The notes under the pieces are model-generated. The model worked only from the letters and a program-made list of their open reading frames with translations. It made no database searches and was not told the DNA's origin. Of a stretch of DNA of 64,000 bases, positions 1 through 12,866 are shown piece after piece (the stretch's first letter is position 1; every line of letters begins with the position of its first letter). A program made the translations under genes and the position numbers. The stretch is from contig CM059431.1 of assembly GCA_030390025.1 (NCBI GenBank), positions 107,262,001-107,326,000 of the forward strand. The letters are read 5' to 3'. Source of the DNA: Squalus acanthias. Its lineage: Eukaryota.

Positions 1-110
1 AGCTGGGGTGGAACACAAGGAGAAAGACGTTGCTGACTGGAGGCTGAAGACACATCATCTCTCAGCTGAAGATCCTGGAGAGCCAGATCTCGTGGGTCCT
101 GCTTTTAGAA

Positions 111-525
111 TAACAACAACAACTTGTATTTATATAGCGCCTTTAACGTAGTAAAACGTCCCAAGGCGCACAGGAATATTTTAAGACAAACAATTTGACA
201 CCGAGCCACAAAAGGAGAAATTAGGGCAGGTGACCAAAAGCTTAGTCACAGAGGTAGGTTTTAAGGAGCATCTTAAAGGAGGAAAGAGAGGTAGAGAGGC
301 GGAAAGATTTAGGCAGGGAATTCCAGAGCTTAGAGCCCAGGCAAAAGAAGGCACGGACACCAATGGTTGAGCGATTATAATCAGGGATCCTCAAGAGGGC
401 AGAATTAGAGGAGCGCAGATATCTCGGGGGGGGGGGGTTGTGGGGCTGAAGGAGATTACAGAGATAGGGAGGGGGGGCGAGGCCATGGAGGGATTTGAAA
501 GCAAGGTTGAGAATTTTGAAATCGA
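111..525 (-). mobile_element. L2-clade LINE 3' fragment
   Basis: ORF 242..544(-) has the typical L2 ORF2 C-terminus (FKSLHGLAPPPYL...LRSS...KLWNSLP...FKMLLKTYL). The minus-strand tail ends GGCGCTATATAAATACAAG(TTG)n. Confidence 0.8.
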
Positions 526-748
526 AGAAGATGAGATCTTGCACAGAAAAAAAGCACAGGTCCTGGACAAGTGTCAGACAGTGCGTTGGAGATGGTGGAC
601 CAGGTGGAGGAATCCACTACCTCTATGTCCAGCCCCCTCAGGCGTAGCTTTTGCAGCGCTACAGTCAATTTTGGAACGTGTGGCAGCTCCAGAGACATTT
701 GTAGTTGAATCTCCCACAATGGTGGGCCTATTCCTCCAAAAGCACTAA

Positions 749-933
749 GGCCTAGGAATGTGTCTTGGGAGGTGGCGCAAAGCGGGCGGAATCGGATCGG
801 CCGCCCGTTCTACGCAGCGACTGATATTCTGTTCTATTGACTGCAATGGAACTGAATCTCAGGCGCTGCATATAATGGGTGGTCGATCCGATACTGCCTC
901 TTTGCCCCACCGCCTGACACGAATTTCTAGGCC
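749..933. mobile_element. 185-bp fully palindromic MITE, Harbinger-type
   Basis: Ends GGCCTAGGAATGTGTC / GACACGAATTTCTAGGCC, flanked by TAA on both sides (746-748, 934-936). The interior is an imperfect inverted repeat centred near 840. Confidence 0.85.
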
Positions 934-1164
934 TAATTCTACAACTTTTTCATCTCTACTTAACAAAGAGTCCTGTCATATCCTTTTCGAACCTCCAGTG
1001 TAACATATTGAATCAGTTTGCTCAGACTATGGACTGTACTATTGACCCCTGCCAGCTGTTGTCCACCTCTCAATAAAACTATCAACCCTCCCCTTTAAGA
1101 TTTATGGGGGGGGCTGGGGGGGGCGCTATTTTCACCTCAGTGCCAATCTGTTTCTCAGCATAAA

Positions 1165-1899
1165 TAGAGTCATTGTCATAGAGTTATACAGCACAGAAAG
1201 AGGCCCTTCGGCCCATCGTGTCCGCGCCGGCCATCAAGCCCTGTCTATTCTAATCCCATTTTCCAGCACTTGGTCCATAGCCTTGTATGCTATGGCATTT
1301 CAAGTGCTCATCTAAATGCTTCTTGAATGTTGTGAGGGTTCCTGCCTCTACCACCCTTTCAGGCAGTGAGTTCCAGATTCCAACCACCCTCTGGGTGAAA
1401 ATGTTTTCCCTCAAATCCCCTCTAAACCTCCTGCCCCTTACCTTGAAACTATGCCCCCTGGTTATTGACCCCTCTACTAAGGGGAAACGTTCCTTTCTAT
1501 CTACCCTATCTATGCCCCTCATACTTTTGTACACTTCTATCAGGTCCCCCCTCAGCCTTCTCTGCTCTAAAGAAAACAACCCCAGCCTGTCCAGTCTCTC
1601 TTCATAGCTGAAATGCTCCAGCCCAGGTAACATCCTGGTGAATCTCCTCTGCACCATCTCCAATGCAATCACATCCTTCTTATAGTGTGGCGACCAGAAC
1701 TGCACACAGTATTCCAGCTGTGGCCTAACTAGCGTTTTGTACAGCTCCATCATAACCTCCCTGCTCTTATATTCTATGCCTCGGCTAATGAAGGCAAGTA
1801 TCCCATATGTCTTTTTAACCACCTTATCTACCTGTCCTGCTGCCTTCAGGGATCTATGTACATGCATACCAAGGTCCCTCTGATCCTCTGTCCTTCCTA
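1165..1899 (-). mobile_element. CR1 LINE 3' fragment
   Basis: ORF 1250..1867(-) is a CR1 ORF2 C-terminus (LYKTLVRPQLEYCVQFWSP...WNSLP) followed by a CR1 3' UTR and short repeat tail. Nearly identical to the copy at 33449-34160. Confidence 0.95.
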
Positions 1900-2590
1900 A
1901 ATGGGGAAGCGAGTCAATTTTAAAAAAAACTATCGCTCAGTTGCCGCCCAACGATCTCGTGATGTGATTTTTGAGGAGGTCTGAGTGTAGGTGGCCAGCG
2001 CTCCTGCGCGGAACAGGCCCAAATCTGATGCGTATTTGTAAATTAGGGTCCTAACATTAATTTAGGGCTCGGACGCCATTTTGGTCTCCACCCTCGTTGC
2101 TGTCACCAGTTCCTCAACTGGCCCACAAGCCACGTGCCGTACAAGGTTGGGAGGTGGCCATTTCCAGCGACATTTGAAGGTAACCTCAACTGCTGTTGGG
2201 TAAAATGCTGGAAAGCTTTAGGAGATATCTTGCTTCTACTACATTGTGGCTTTTGGCTACTTAGACAACGTCAAAGTGCTAGTAGTGGCTGTAGAATGTT
2301 CTCAACTCTTAAGGGGCTTCTGCTATGACATTTTGTTTTCCTCAAAGGAGGAGGAGGAGGGGCTAAGGACGACAGGACGCTGTAGCTACAGGGAGAGAAA
2401 ACAGAAGGAGGCGTGCTCACAGGAATCCTTACCCTCCGAATAGAGTTTCTAAACAATGAGAAGCGATGCGTAAAAGAGCTACGCTTCTCTAGGGAGGCAG
2501 TGACAGAGTTGCATCACTTCCTGCAACAAGACCTACAACCAAAGGCCACAGCTGGCACAGAACTGCCTGTTGCTGTCACGGTCACTGCAT
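1900..2590 (+). mobile_element. Degenerate Harbinger fragment with transposase N-terminal remnant
   Basis: ORF 2413..2607 (EKRCVKELRFSREAVTELHHFLQQDLQP...LPVAVTVT) aligns by eye to the N-terminus of the transposase at 38827..39969 (EEQCLRRLCFSKEVVTELCHLLQPDLQP...LSVAVKIT). Left boundary approximate. Confidence 0.75.
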
Positions 2591-2607
2591 GCTCTGGGTT
2601 TAGTTAA

Positions 2608-2995
2608 GTGTCAGCTTAGCTTTTCTGGTAGTACTGCCCCTGCTGAATTAGGCGGTTGTGAGTTCGAGTTGTACCAGGAAGTTGAGCATATAATCTAGGT
2701 TTGACACTTCAGTGCAGTGCTGAGAGCGTACTACATTATTGGATGGCTCAAAGTGAAGCCCTGTTCAGGTGGATGTTAAAAATCCAATTACACTGCTGTT
2801 GAAGAGGAGTAGAGAGTTTTTGTGGTGTCCTCGCCAACATTTGAACACGAGCAAAAAACAATTAACTGGGCATCACTATTTGTGGACACTGCTGTGTGCA
2901 AAATGGCTGCCCACATAGCAACCGTGACTGCACTTCAAAGTAGGTAAAGTACTTTGGGATGTCCTGAGAGATATGATATGGCGCTATAAAACTGC
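2608..2995 (+). mobile_element. Degenerate Deu-domain SINE (SacSINE1-like)
   Basis: tRNA-like head (GGTTGTGAGTTCGAG), CAGGTGGATGTTAAAAATCC and GTGCAAAATGGCTGCC blocks, and an L2-like tail (TTTGGGATGTCCTGAG...GGCGCTATAAAA). Similar to the reverse complement of 3283-3660. Confidence 0.65.
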
Positions 2996-3282
2996 CTTTA
3001 CGTTCCAAACAATTAATAACCCTTAGCCATTCCCGAATCTACTAAGTAACTACGAGCTGTCATAAAAAGAGTCACAATGTTCCATATATCCCTCCCTTAT
3101 CTTGACACTTGTTTTGAGACTTCCTGATTACCAAGGTATTGACTGACCCAGAAAATATAGAATAATATATGTATAATGATGGTGTAATTCCAATAAATGG
3201 TCCTAAAATGTCACAAACCATAAGCGTTTGCTGTGTTTTTTTTTCAGTTTTGTAACACATCCTACAGTTGTACTAAGTCTGA

Positions 3283-3660
3283 AAAGAAAAGAAAGGCTTG
3301 TATTTCTATAGCGCCTTTCACAACCTCAGGACTTCCCAAAGCGCTTTACAGCCAATGAAGTACTTTTTGAAGTGTAGTCACTGTTGTAATGTGGGAAACA
3401 CGGCAGCCAATTTGTGCACAGCAAGCTCCCACAAACAGCAATGTGATAATGACCAGATAATCTGTTTTAGTGATGTTGATTGGGGGATAAATATTGGCCA
3501 GGACACCGGTGATAACTCCCCCTGCTCTTCTTCAAAATAGTGCCGTGGGATCTTTTACATCCACCCGAGAGAGCAGACGGGGCCTCGGTTTAACGTCTCA
3601 CCCGAAAGATGGCACCTCCGACAGTGCAGCACTCCCTCAGCACTGCACTGGGAGTGTCAA
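3283..3660 (-). mobile_element. Deu-domain SINE (SacSINE1-like), 5'-truncated
   Basis: Minus strand contains GTAAAAGATCCCACGGCACTATTT...AAACAGATTATCTGGTCATTATCACATTGCTGTTTGTGGGAGCTTGCTGTGCACAAATTGGCTGCC and an L2-type tail. Family assigned by recognition only. Confidence 0.75.
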
Positions 3661-5659
3661 CACATTTGCTCAGTGGACTGTTTTTTTTTTGTACATTATT
3701 GGTTTATAAATTTGAATGAACCTTTTCAGAGGTTGCATTGCCAAATTTTATTTACATCTAACTCCACCAATACTTCTTTGCACTAAAATAAGAAATGTAG
3801 CGCATACATGCTTATGTAATTATCTTTTTTGCCTGTAACAAGTATTTCTCAAATGTTATAAAAACAACTAAGTTGTGATAATCACAACTGCAGTTTGTCA
3901 GACTATTACGAGTTCACATTTTGTAGCAGTTTCCAAGTTCATTCTCAATATTGCACTAAATTGAAACCCAAACATTATCTAAATTTGGTCAGTTTGAGTT
4001 TATTCAGATGTGCCGAATTTCATGGGTTTGGATTTACTTATCTATGAAAAGAATAGACGCAATGCTATTTCCAACAACTCACTATTGCAGAACCTATGTC
4101 AAGGGGGATATAATGTCCATTTGCGTATGAATGGTCAGTGAGCTGTGAAATATTTCCCTCTGTGGCGTCTGTCATCCATACGAGCAGCCAAAAGAAACAA
4201 AAGTAAGTGTTTTTTGTTTTAACAGTTCGCTTCACTTTTAAATACCTGTCAGGCTAGGGTGGGTGAGCAATTCCTCATCGAAGTATGATATGATATGTTG
4301 AGGTAGCAGTTTTGAATTTATGCACTGTGGTGATCCGGGGAGGCTTTATAGCTATGTGGCCAATCTCTATGTGTCCTATCTGCAGGTTAGAAAAGTGATG
4401 CCTCCACATTCCCTGTTGCCTCAGTAGAGCTTGTAAATCAACCTGAATTAGTAGTGTCAGACCTCTGCTTTTAGATGTTCGTCTACTCAAATTTTAGGCT
4501 GTCAGAAACCAATAGGCACAACTTGATGGCTCATCCCTACAGTGTTGTATATATTATAATATAGAGCAGTGGGGAAGTGGTGACTACATTTTCACAATTG
4601 CTAGCAGCCTCTAATTAAACTTGGTCCTTTTCCACTCAGTACTGGCAATGCATGAATTCCTTGACTATTACCTTCTCAGCGATAAGAGATTGTGCAGGAA
4701 CCTGTGGACACTGGAGGCAAACAGGGGAACTGAACTGTGAAGAGACCAAGGTTTGGCGGGGGTGGGGGTGGGGGGGGGGGGTGGGGTGTATGGAATAAAA
4801 GAAGCAACTTTCAAAGGAGAAGATTTTTACGTCATTATAAGAGAAAATGAAAACTGGGTTTTGGAATGTGAGAAATCATCTAATTAAAAAACTTACGTAT
4901 TTTACTCAGTGGGCCAAAATGCGTACTTGTGACTTGTTTCTGTCCCTGTGTTAGACGCTAATATAGGGATCAAGTGGTAAAGCAGTAAATTATTTTAACT
5001 TCATTTTGAAAGCATAGTATCCACTGCTAATATGTAAAAATAAGTTTGAAAAAAGTTGAGCATGACACCTCTTTTACTGAAAAATAGAAGAAATACCCAC
5101 TTCTCTTTTTAATTAATGAACCATGGGGGGAAAAAAATCACAGCAAAGCATCGCATTAGGAACGCTGTAACTTAGGAATCGACAGGAATTGGAAAAGACC
5201 ATTTCAGTCTACCTTACCAGTGTTAAAACAGACGGGATGAATTTCCATGGGGCTTCTCCCGATTGTCTACCGTAACTTTGGCTCAAACATTTATTTTCTG
5301 AGATTTTTGTGGCTCTCTTCCTCTCCCCACCCCCTCCGCCAAATAACAAGCTTTAACAACCCTCAAACAGTTAGCAACCACTTAACTGCTAAAAAGTTAA
5401 CTCATCCAGCTGGTAGCGTGCATTTTTTGTGGAAAAATCGCTGAACAAAAAACAGTGAAAAGCTCGATTGTCCCAGTGAGAACCTGCTCATGTTGGGAAC
5501 TGTTTCTCCATTCTCACAGTTCCTCTGTACTTTTCACTTCTTGTACTGTTTTAGGTGGTATTTCGAAATCTTCCCTCCCACTACATTCACTGACTCAAGA
5601 ATTGAACTGGGTTATAACACTCACTTTTTGATATGATTGTTCATCTAAGGAATGCTGTA

Positions 5660-6290
5660 CAACTTTAAGTGCAAGCAGATAAGACCAGAGCAAGGAACTC
5701 CTGAGCTTGTAGTTAGAAGCATAGGATACAAAACCAAGGAGGTAACTCTTAAATTGTACAAGAACTTGGTTAGGTTGCAATTGGAGCATTGTGTAGATCT
5801 CTGTTCACTCCATTATAGGAATGATATAAAAGCAATGAAAAAGGTGGAATGTAGATTCATAAAGATGGTCCCAGGGATGACGAGTTACAGTTCTGAAGGG
5901 AGACTTAAGAAGTAAGGATTCTTTCATTAGAGCTGATATGTTTGAGGGTGAACTGATAGAAGTCTTCAAGATTAATGAAGGGCCATGATACGATTGGTTG
6001 GGGGACGGTAATGCAAGGACACAACTGTAAGATAATCACCAAAAAAGAAATACTGGGGCATTAAAAAAAAATCAATCTTTACACAATGGTAGTTAGAATG
6101 TGTAATTCTCTGCCATAAACAATTTTGGTCACAGAGTCCATACATACTTTTAAAAGTGAACTGGGCAGTTGCTTGAAAAAGAGGAATATTGAAGGATATG
6201 GGGAGTGAACAATTCGATAGCTCAAGGGGAGAAAAATAATGGCACAGAGTTGATGGGCCAATTGGCCACTTTCTGTGCTCTAACATTCTG
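5660..6290 (+). mobile_element. Old degenerate CR1 3' fragment
   Basis: ORF 5652..5915 (LKLYKNLVRLQLEHCV) and a decayed CR1 3' UTR (GATGGGCCAATTGGCC...TTCTGTGCT). Confidence 0.8.
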
Positions 6291-6876
6291 TGGATTAGAT
6301 GACCAACTTACCGCCTGGATGGCCTTCGTTATAGAAACTGCCGGAGATGTGTATTTCCGTTGAAATCACTGGAATGAAACTTGGGCGGTTTCTATACCGG
6401 GCAGCTGATTCACATTGCCAGCTTTACGCTCGGATAGCAAGTTGACAATCTACCCTTATGATTCTGTTAACAACCTTTGACAGGGCTTCGCTTGCTAACA
6501 AGCTCAACTCTTCACCCGCAAAAGTTGGACTTTTTTTTTCACTAGCCTTTGTTGTTCCTTTTTGGGAGGGCTTGGAATCCTCACAGCAATACCAAAGGAA
6601 AGAGGTCGAGTTTCCGCTTGTCTCCTCCAGTTTCTCAAAGCTGTCAAACGCTGACAATTCATCTGTCAAAAAATTTTCGACAGATGAAGCGTCATACGCT
6701 GACCTCATCTGTCACCGGATTTCCCTTAATTGGCCGGTAAGCCCGCAGGGGCGGGGCTTAACCAGGCCAATCAAGGGAAAATAGCATGGGTTGGTCCGAC
6801 GTCGCTAGGGGAGGGAATGAAACCCGGAAACCAGAAGTACCGCCTCCAGCACGTCTCCATTGAGAAAATCCAGCCC
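6290..6876. mobile_element. Probable non-autonomous Harbinger-type element
   Basis: Right end AAAATCCAGCCC is identical to the TIR of the MITE at 32817-33448. The left end is degraded. Confidence 0.45.
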
Positions 6877-6877
6877 G

Positions 6878-6985
6878 TTAACTCTGCTTCTCTCTCCACA
6901 GGCGCTGCCTGACCTGCTGAGCAGATCCAGCATTTCCTGGTTATCTTTCAAAATTTCCAGCATCTACAGTATTTTGCCTTTTAAA
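6878..6985 (+). repeat. Short interspersed repeat, probably a Penelope-like terminal fragment
   Basis: AACTCTGCTTCTCTCTCCACAGGCGCTGCCTGACCTGCTGAG...TTTCCAGCATC recurs at ~50135-50265 and ~55852-55995. The Penelope origin is my recognition and is unverified. Confidence 0.5.
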
Positions 6986-7085
6986 CAGTTCAGTATAGAT
7001 TGTTTTTTAAGTCATTTTCAGTGATTTTTAAATCAGGTTACTCACAAGCAGAGGACTGGACACCCTGATTAAAAATGCTTATTCA

Positions 7086-7272
7086 AAATATATTCAAGAA
7101 TGAGTTAGATATATTTCTTAAAGCTAAAGGTATCAAGGGATATGGGGAGAAGGCAGGGACAGGGTACTGAGTTTGGATGATCAGCCATGATCTCATCGAA
7201 TGGCGGAGCAGGCTCGAGGGGCCGAATGGCCTACTCCTGCTCCTATCTTCTATGTTTCTATGTTTCTATGTT
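7086..7272 (+). mobile_element. Young CR1 3' end
   Basis: Near-identical to 55541-55723; (TTCTATGT)n tail. Confidence 0.9.
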
Positions 7273-7649
7273 TTTGGTGATAAACCCATTTCCAGCTGTG
7301 TTAATAAAACGGCACCAGGTTACCGCTCTGAAATACATCAAGGAATATATTTTAATGGAAAGAAAAAAAAAGAAACAGTTACGTTCCATTACGCTGCGCG
7401 ATTGAGCTGGTTCGTGGAAGATTTTATGTTTGTGATTATGCAAATTAATTTTAGCGGAAACTTGAAGCCTATTCTAACCAGCGTCATTTCAAGCGCATTT
7501 TGGGCGCAATTTCCCAATTGAGCCCAAAGCGAAAACTCTACCCCAGGATGAATGGTCCTTTGATGCTTTCTACCAGCATTATACCACATTTTATTCGCAT
7601 TGACCTTGACCCTAAGATTAAAGGAGGCAGGATTTCTGTGTCCATAATA

Positions 7650-10152
7650 TTTTTTTTTATTCGTTTATTGGATGTGGGCATCGCTAGCAAGGCCAGCATT
7701 TATTGCTCATCCCTAATTGCCCTTGAGAAGGTTGTGGTGAGCCGCCTTCTTGAACCGCTGCAGTCCATGTGGTGAAGGTACTCCCACAGTGCTGTTAGGG
7801 AGGGAGTTCTAGGATTTTGACCCAGTGACGATGAAGGATTGGCGATAAACTTCTAAGTCAGGATGCTGTGTGACTTGGAGGGGAACTTGAAGGTGTTGGT
7901 GTTCCCATGCGCCTGCTGCCCTTGTCCTTCTAGGTGGAAGAGATCATGGATTTGGGAAGTGCTGCTGAAGAAGCCTTGGCGAGTTGCTGCAGTGCATCTT
8001 GTAGATGGTAGACACTGCAGCCACGGTACGCCGGTGGTGGAGAGAGTGAATGTTTAAGGTGGTGGATGGGGTGCCAATCAAGCGGGCTGCTTTGTCTTGG
8101 ATGGTGTCAAGCTTCTTGAGTGTTGTTGGAGCTGCACTCATCCAGGCAAGTGGAGAGTATTCCATCACACTCCTGACTTGTGCCTTCTAGATGGTGGAAA
8201 GGCTTTAGGGAGGCAGGAGGTGAGACTCTCGCCGCAGAATACCTAGCCTCTGACCTGCTCCTGTTGCCACAGTATTTATGTGGCTGGTCCAGTTAAGTTT
8301 CTGGTCAATGGTGGCCCCCCAGGATGTTGATGGTGGGGGATTCAGCGATGGTAATGCCGTTGAATGTCAAGGGGAGGTGGTTAGACTCTCGCTTGTTGGA
8401 GATAGTCATTGCCTGGCACTTCTGTGGCACGAATGTTACCTGCCACTTATCAGCCCAAGCCTCAACGTTGTCCATGTCTTGTTGCATGAGGGCATGGACG
8501 GCTTCATTATCTGAGGAGTTGTGAATGGCGCTGAACACTGTGCAGTCATCAGCAAACCGTCCCCTTTTCTGACCTTATGTTGGACTGAAGGTCATTGATG
8601 AAGATGGTTGGGCCTAGGACACTGCCCTGAGGAACTTCTGCAGCGATGTCCTGGGGCTGTGATGTTTGACCTTCAACCACCACAACCATCTTCCTTTGTG
8701 CTAGGTATGACTCCAGCCAGTAGGGCGGTTTCCCCCCAATTCCCATTGACTTCAGTTTTACTAGGGCTCCTTGACGCCACACTCGATCAAATGCTGCATT
8801 GATGTCAAGGGCAGTCACTCTTACCTCACCTCTGAAATTCAGCTCCTTTGTCCATGTAAGGACCAAGGCTGTAATGAGGTCGGGAGCCGAGTGGTCTTGG
8901 TGGAACCCAAACTGGGTATCAGTGTGCAGGTTATTGGTGAGTAAGTGCCACTTGATAGCACTGTCGATGACACCTTCCATCACTTTGCTGAAGATTGCGA
9001 GTAGACTGATGGGGCGGTAATTGGCTGGGTTGGATTTGTCCTGCTTTTTGTGGACAGGACATATCTGGGCAGTTTTCCACATTGTTGGATGGATGCCAGT
9101 GTTGTAGCTATACTGGAACAGCTTGGCTAGAGGCGCGGCTAGTTCTGGAGCACAAGTCTTCAGTACGACAGCCGGGATGTTGTCGGGGCCCATAGCCTTT
9201 GTTTTATCCAGTGCGCTCAGCCGTTTCTTGATATCACGTGGAGTGAATCGACTTGGCTGAAGACTGGCTTCTGTGATGGTGGGGACCTCAGGAGTAGGCC
9301 GATATGGATCATCCACTCCGCACTTCTGGCTGAAGATGTTTGCAAATGCATCAGCCTTGTCTTTTGCACTCACGTGCTGGGCTCCACCATCATTGAGGAT
9401 GGGGATATTCATGGAGCCTCCGCCTCCTGTTAGTTGTTTAATGGTCCACCACCATTCATGACTGGATGTGGCAGGACTGCAGAGCTTTGATCTGATCCTT
9501 TGATAGTGGGATCGCTTAGCCCTGTCTATAGCATGCTGCTTCCGCTTTTTAGCATGCATGTAGTCCTGTGTTGCAGCTTCCCTAGGTTGGCACCTCACCT
9601 TTAGGTACGCCTGGTGCTGCTCTTGGCATGCTCTTCTACACTCCTTATTGAACCAGGGTTGGTCCTCTGGCTTGATGGTAATGGTAGAGTGAGGGATATG
9701 CCGGGCCGTGAGGTTACTAATTGTGGTGGAATACAATTCTGCTGCTGCTGATGGCCCACAGTGCCTCATGGATGCCCAGTTTTGAGCTGCTAGATCTGTT
9801 CTAAATCTATCCCATTTAGCACGGTGGTAGTGCCACACAACACGATGGAGGGTGTCCTCAATGTGAAGACGGGACTTCATCTCCACAATGACTGTGCGGT
9901 GGTCACTGCTACCAATACTGTCATGGGCAGATGCATCTGCGACAGGTAGATTGGTGAGCACGAGGTCAAGTAGGTTTTTCCCTCGTGTTGGTTCTCTCAC
10001 CACCTGCTGCAGGCCCAGTCTGGTCGCTATGTCCTTCAGGACTCGGCCAGCTCGGTCAGTAGTGGTGCTACCGAGCCACTCTTGGTGATGGACATTGAAG
10101 TCCCCCACCCAGAGTACATTCTGTGCCCTTGCTACTCTCAGTGCTTCTTCCA
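7650..10152 (-). mobile_element. 5'-truncated L2/CR1-group (Crack/Daphne-like) LINE with disrupted ORF2
   Basis: ORF 8549..10201(-) has APE motifs (VGDFN, LLDLVLTN, SSDH) and RT motifs (GPDNIP, NYRPISLL, LDINAAFDRV, VPQGSVLGP). It continues in frameshifted ORFs 8305..8538 and 7944..8168. A-rich tail; approximate TSD TCCATA(A)TAT. Confidence 0.85.
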
Positions 10153-11431
10153 TATATGCCTTATTTATCTCTGAAATCCACAAAACAAAATGCAAGGGCA
10201 ATCTTTAGTTAGGAAAGCTATTCTAATAAACTGCCAGTTAAAGTACTTATCATTGTGAATGATAGAAAATGTAATTAATTTATTTTATTCAGTGCAATTA
10301 ATAAAATAAATAACATTAATTTCCCCTTGTACACAGTGATATCCAGTACTAGTTATGGATTGTAAGTCATTAAGAAACCACCTCAACATGTCAAAGCATA
10401 ATTGTTTCCATTAAGTGTTGTTTAAATTTAGACAATTGTACAACAGTACTTATATAAACATGTTTTATCATGCTGGCAAGATCCATCCTACTCCGGCTAA
10501 CAGAGGCATATGTTCCCATACCGCACAGCAAAGTCAACCCTTTTTCTTATGCCCTTCTCAAAGCCCTATAATCAATTCTTATTACAGCACTCTGGAATAC
10601 TTCTCTACAGTATTGCCATTAAAGCATCCTCTGCTGCTATCTGTGTCACAATTGCAGGAGTTTTAATTACGCCTTTCTTAACAACGCTCTCTTTCTGAGC
10701 CTTTGGGAGGTTGATCTCCACAAAATAAAGTCTGCCTTCGAATCAATCTCGTATCTATTTCTTTTAGGACAATCACTGTCACTTAAAATGTCATACAAAG
10801 TCATTTCAGTGTCGACTGCAAATCTGAATCCAGCGTTGGCTGATTAAGTCTTAAACATTGCAGCAATATCAGGCCCATCACTGACAATCAGTCTGATAGT
10901 TTTAATTCAAAGCATCCCTCCCCAGCCAAGAATTAATCATGTCGTTCTCATGTCCTTTCCCAGTCCTCCAGAAATTTGATTTCAAATTAAATCCAATTAC
11001 TTTGTCTATATTGTATGCAGCATCAGTGCCTCAGTCTTGGTTCACAGGTTTCACTTAGTCAGAGGTAAAAACCGTTCAATGCAGAAATGTGTCTTCTCAA
11101 TAGTTCTATTAAAACTGGGAAATAGCAGTTGACCCTGCAGGACCAACTTTAACACCTGTGGACACCGTCAGAGCTGCTGTTCTGACCAGTTGAGCTAAAC
11201 ATTCTTTCGAAGTGCAACACAACAGGAATGCATCACTGACGCTTGGCCATTGTTTGGGTGAAAATAGGTCAGACTCAGCTCTTAGACCTCAAGTACAAAA
11301 AGTGGATCAGCTGTGTAATCTTCCATAGCTGTTTCATTGCCATTTTCTCAGCAATAATGATTTCAGATCTCTTTCTGGGGTCACTGTTGTTGATTTTAAA
11401 GGTTACTGTCAATACCTGCTATGGTTCCATC

Positions 11432-12700
11432 AGAGAATCATAAAAATTTACGGCACAGCAGGAGGCCATTTGGCCCATCGTGTCTGTGCCGGTCGAAAAA
11501 GAGCGATCCAGCCTAATCCCACTTTACAGCTCTTGGGGGGGAAAAAATTGGGTTGCTTTGCACCTAAGAGGGCGCTAACAGGGTGCAAAGCAACTAGCAC
11601 CTGAGTGCGGCGCTGCCCACGCCTCCCGCAAAATTCAGCGGGAGGTTAGTGGCGGCGCTAACCGGTAGCGCCCCACGGCGCTGCGCCACCGGCGATGATG
11701 TCATTGCGTGCGCAGCACCCCGCTCATGCCCCAAGCGCGATTTTCAGGAGCGCCTCCTGACTTACCGCCGGACGCTATGTCCGATGGGGTCGGTGGGGGG
11801 GGCCTACCTGCGGCCGGGGAGGCGCTATTTAAAGGCGAGGTGCCGGGCGGCCATTTTTGTTGCTGGTCACCTGCCAGCACCTGCCTGCGCTCCCGTCCCC
11901 GGCCTCCTGAACGGGCCCCCCCCCCCCGCCTGTGGAGTGCCGGCTGCGCTCCAAGAGCCCGGCACTCCTCTTGAGTGCCGGGCTCTTTTGCCGGCACTCC
12001 CGACCCCCGGGGGCCCAGCTGGGCCCTGGGTCGCGCTGCGCAAGGCCCCTCCCCTTTAAGAAGGGGAGGAAGACCTGCAACACCGTGACGCGAAGTGCCG
12101 CAGCGCCACGTAGCACCACGATATTGACTCATAGTGCCCCAAGCGGGATGCGGGGTGCTTCCAGCAGCGCCCCGCTTCCCTCTTGGGGCACAACTACTCA
12201 ATTTCCGGCGCGGGGGCGCTAATTCTTCCGGGGCACTAAAAGTAGCGCCCCGGCGAAGTTAGCGCCTCAAATGGGGCGCTACTCAATTTTTAGCCTAAGG
12301 TCCGAAGCCTTGTCGGTTGCAGCACTTCAAGCGCATACCCAAGTACTTTTTAAATGTGATGAGGTTTTCCGCCTCTACCACCCTTTCAGTCAGTGAGATC
12401 CAGACCCCCACCACCCTCTGGGTGAAAAATTCCTTCTACCAATTACTTTAAATCTATGCCCCCTGGTTATAGACTTATCTGCTAAGGGAGAGAGTTTCTT
12501 CCTATTCACTCTATCTAGGCCCCTCATAATTTTCCACACCTCAGTCAAGTCTCCCCTCAGCCTCCTCTGCTCCAAAGAAAACAACCCCATCTTTCCTCAA
12601 AGCTAAAATTCTCCAGTCCTGGCAACATCCTCATAAATCTCCTCTGCATCCTCTCCAGTGCAATCACAAATTTCCTATAATGTGGTGACCAGAACTGTAC
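11432..12700 (-). mobile_element. CR1 3' fragment interrupted by a Harbinger MITE
   Basis: CR1 3' UTR at 11432-11534 resumes at ~12299 (GGTCCGAAGCC...GCACTTCAAG) and continues into ORF2 C-terminal coding sequence (ORF 12390..12590). Confidence 0.85.
11535..12295 (-). mobile_element. GC-rich non-autonomous Harbinger, derivative of the 35984-40477 family
   Basis: Termini GGGGGGGAAAAAATTG / CAATTTTTAGCC. The reverse complement of the left ~80 nt matches the right subterminal sequence of the autonomous element (CGCCGCAC.CAGG.GCTAGTTGCTTTGC.CCC.TTAGCGCCCTCTTA). Also homologous to 63007-63569. Confidence 0.85.
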
Positions 12701-12767
12701 ATTGTTAATGAAGTTAATGAAGTATGAGCTTTCAGCCTTTGTACTGATTTGTGATCCGATTTTACTG

Positions 12768-12866
12768 TTACATAAGAACATAAGAAATAGGAGCAGGAGT
12801 CGGCCATTCGGGCCCTCGAGCCTGCCCCGCCATTCAATAAGATCATGGCTGATCTTCGACCTCAAC
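12768..12866 (-). mobile_element. CR1 3' tail only
   Basis: (CATAAGAA)2-ATAGGAGCAGGAG...GGCCATTCGG...GATCATGGCTGATC. Confidence 0.8.

Noticed and set aside
1287..1607. Antisense ORFs over CR1 copies (also 33558-33869, 52282-52692, 59899-62484)
   Set aside because: Shadow frames of the CR1 ORF2 with no independent motifs.
4091..4202. Possible host exon (TTGCAG...AA/GTAAGT)
   Set aside because: The splice-like ends are good, but all three frames contain stops and no partner exons were found. It could only be a non-coding exon, which I cannot support.
11649..12222. CpG-island promoter or Pro/Gly/Ala-rich genes (also 63040-63537)
   Set aside because: The GC-rich sequence is bounded by Harbinger TIRs and occurs twice in the window; the overlapping ORFs reflect stop-codon scarcity.
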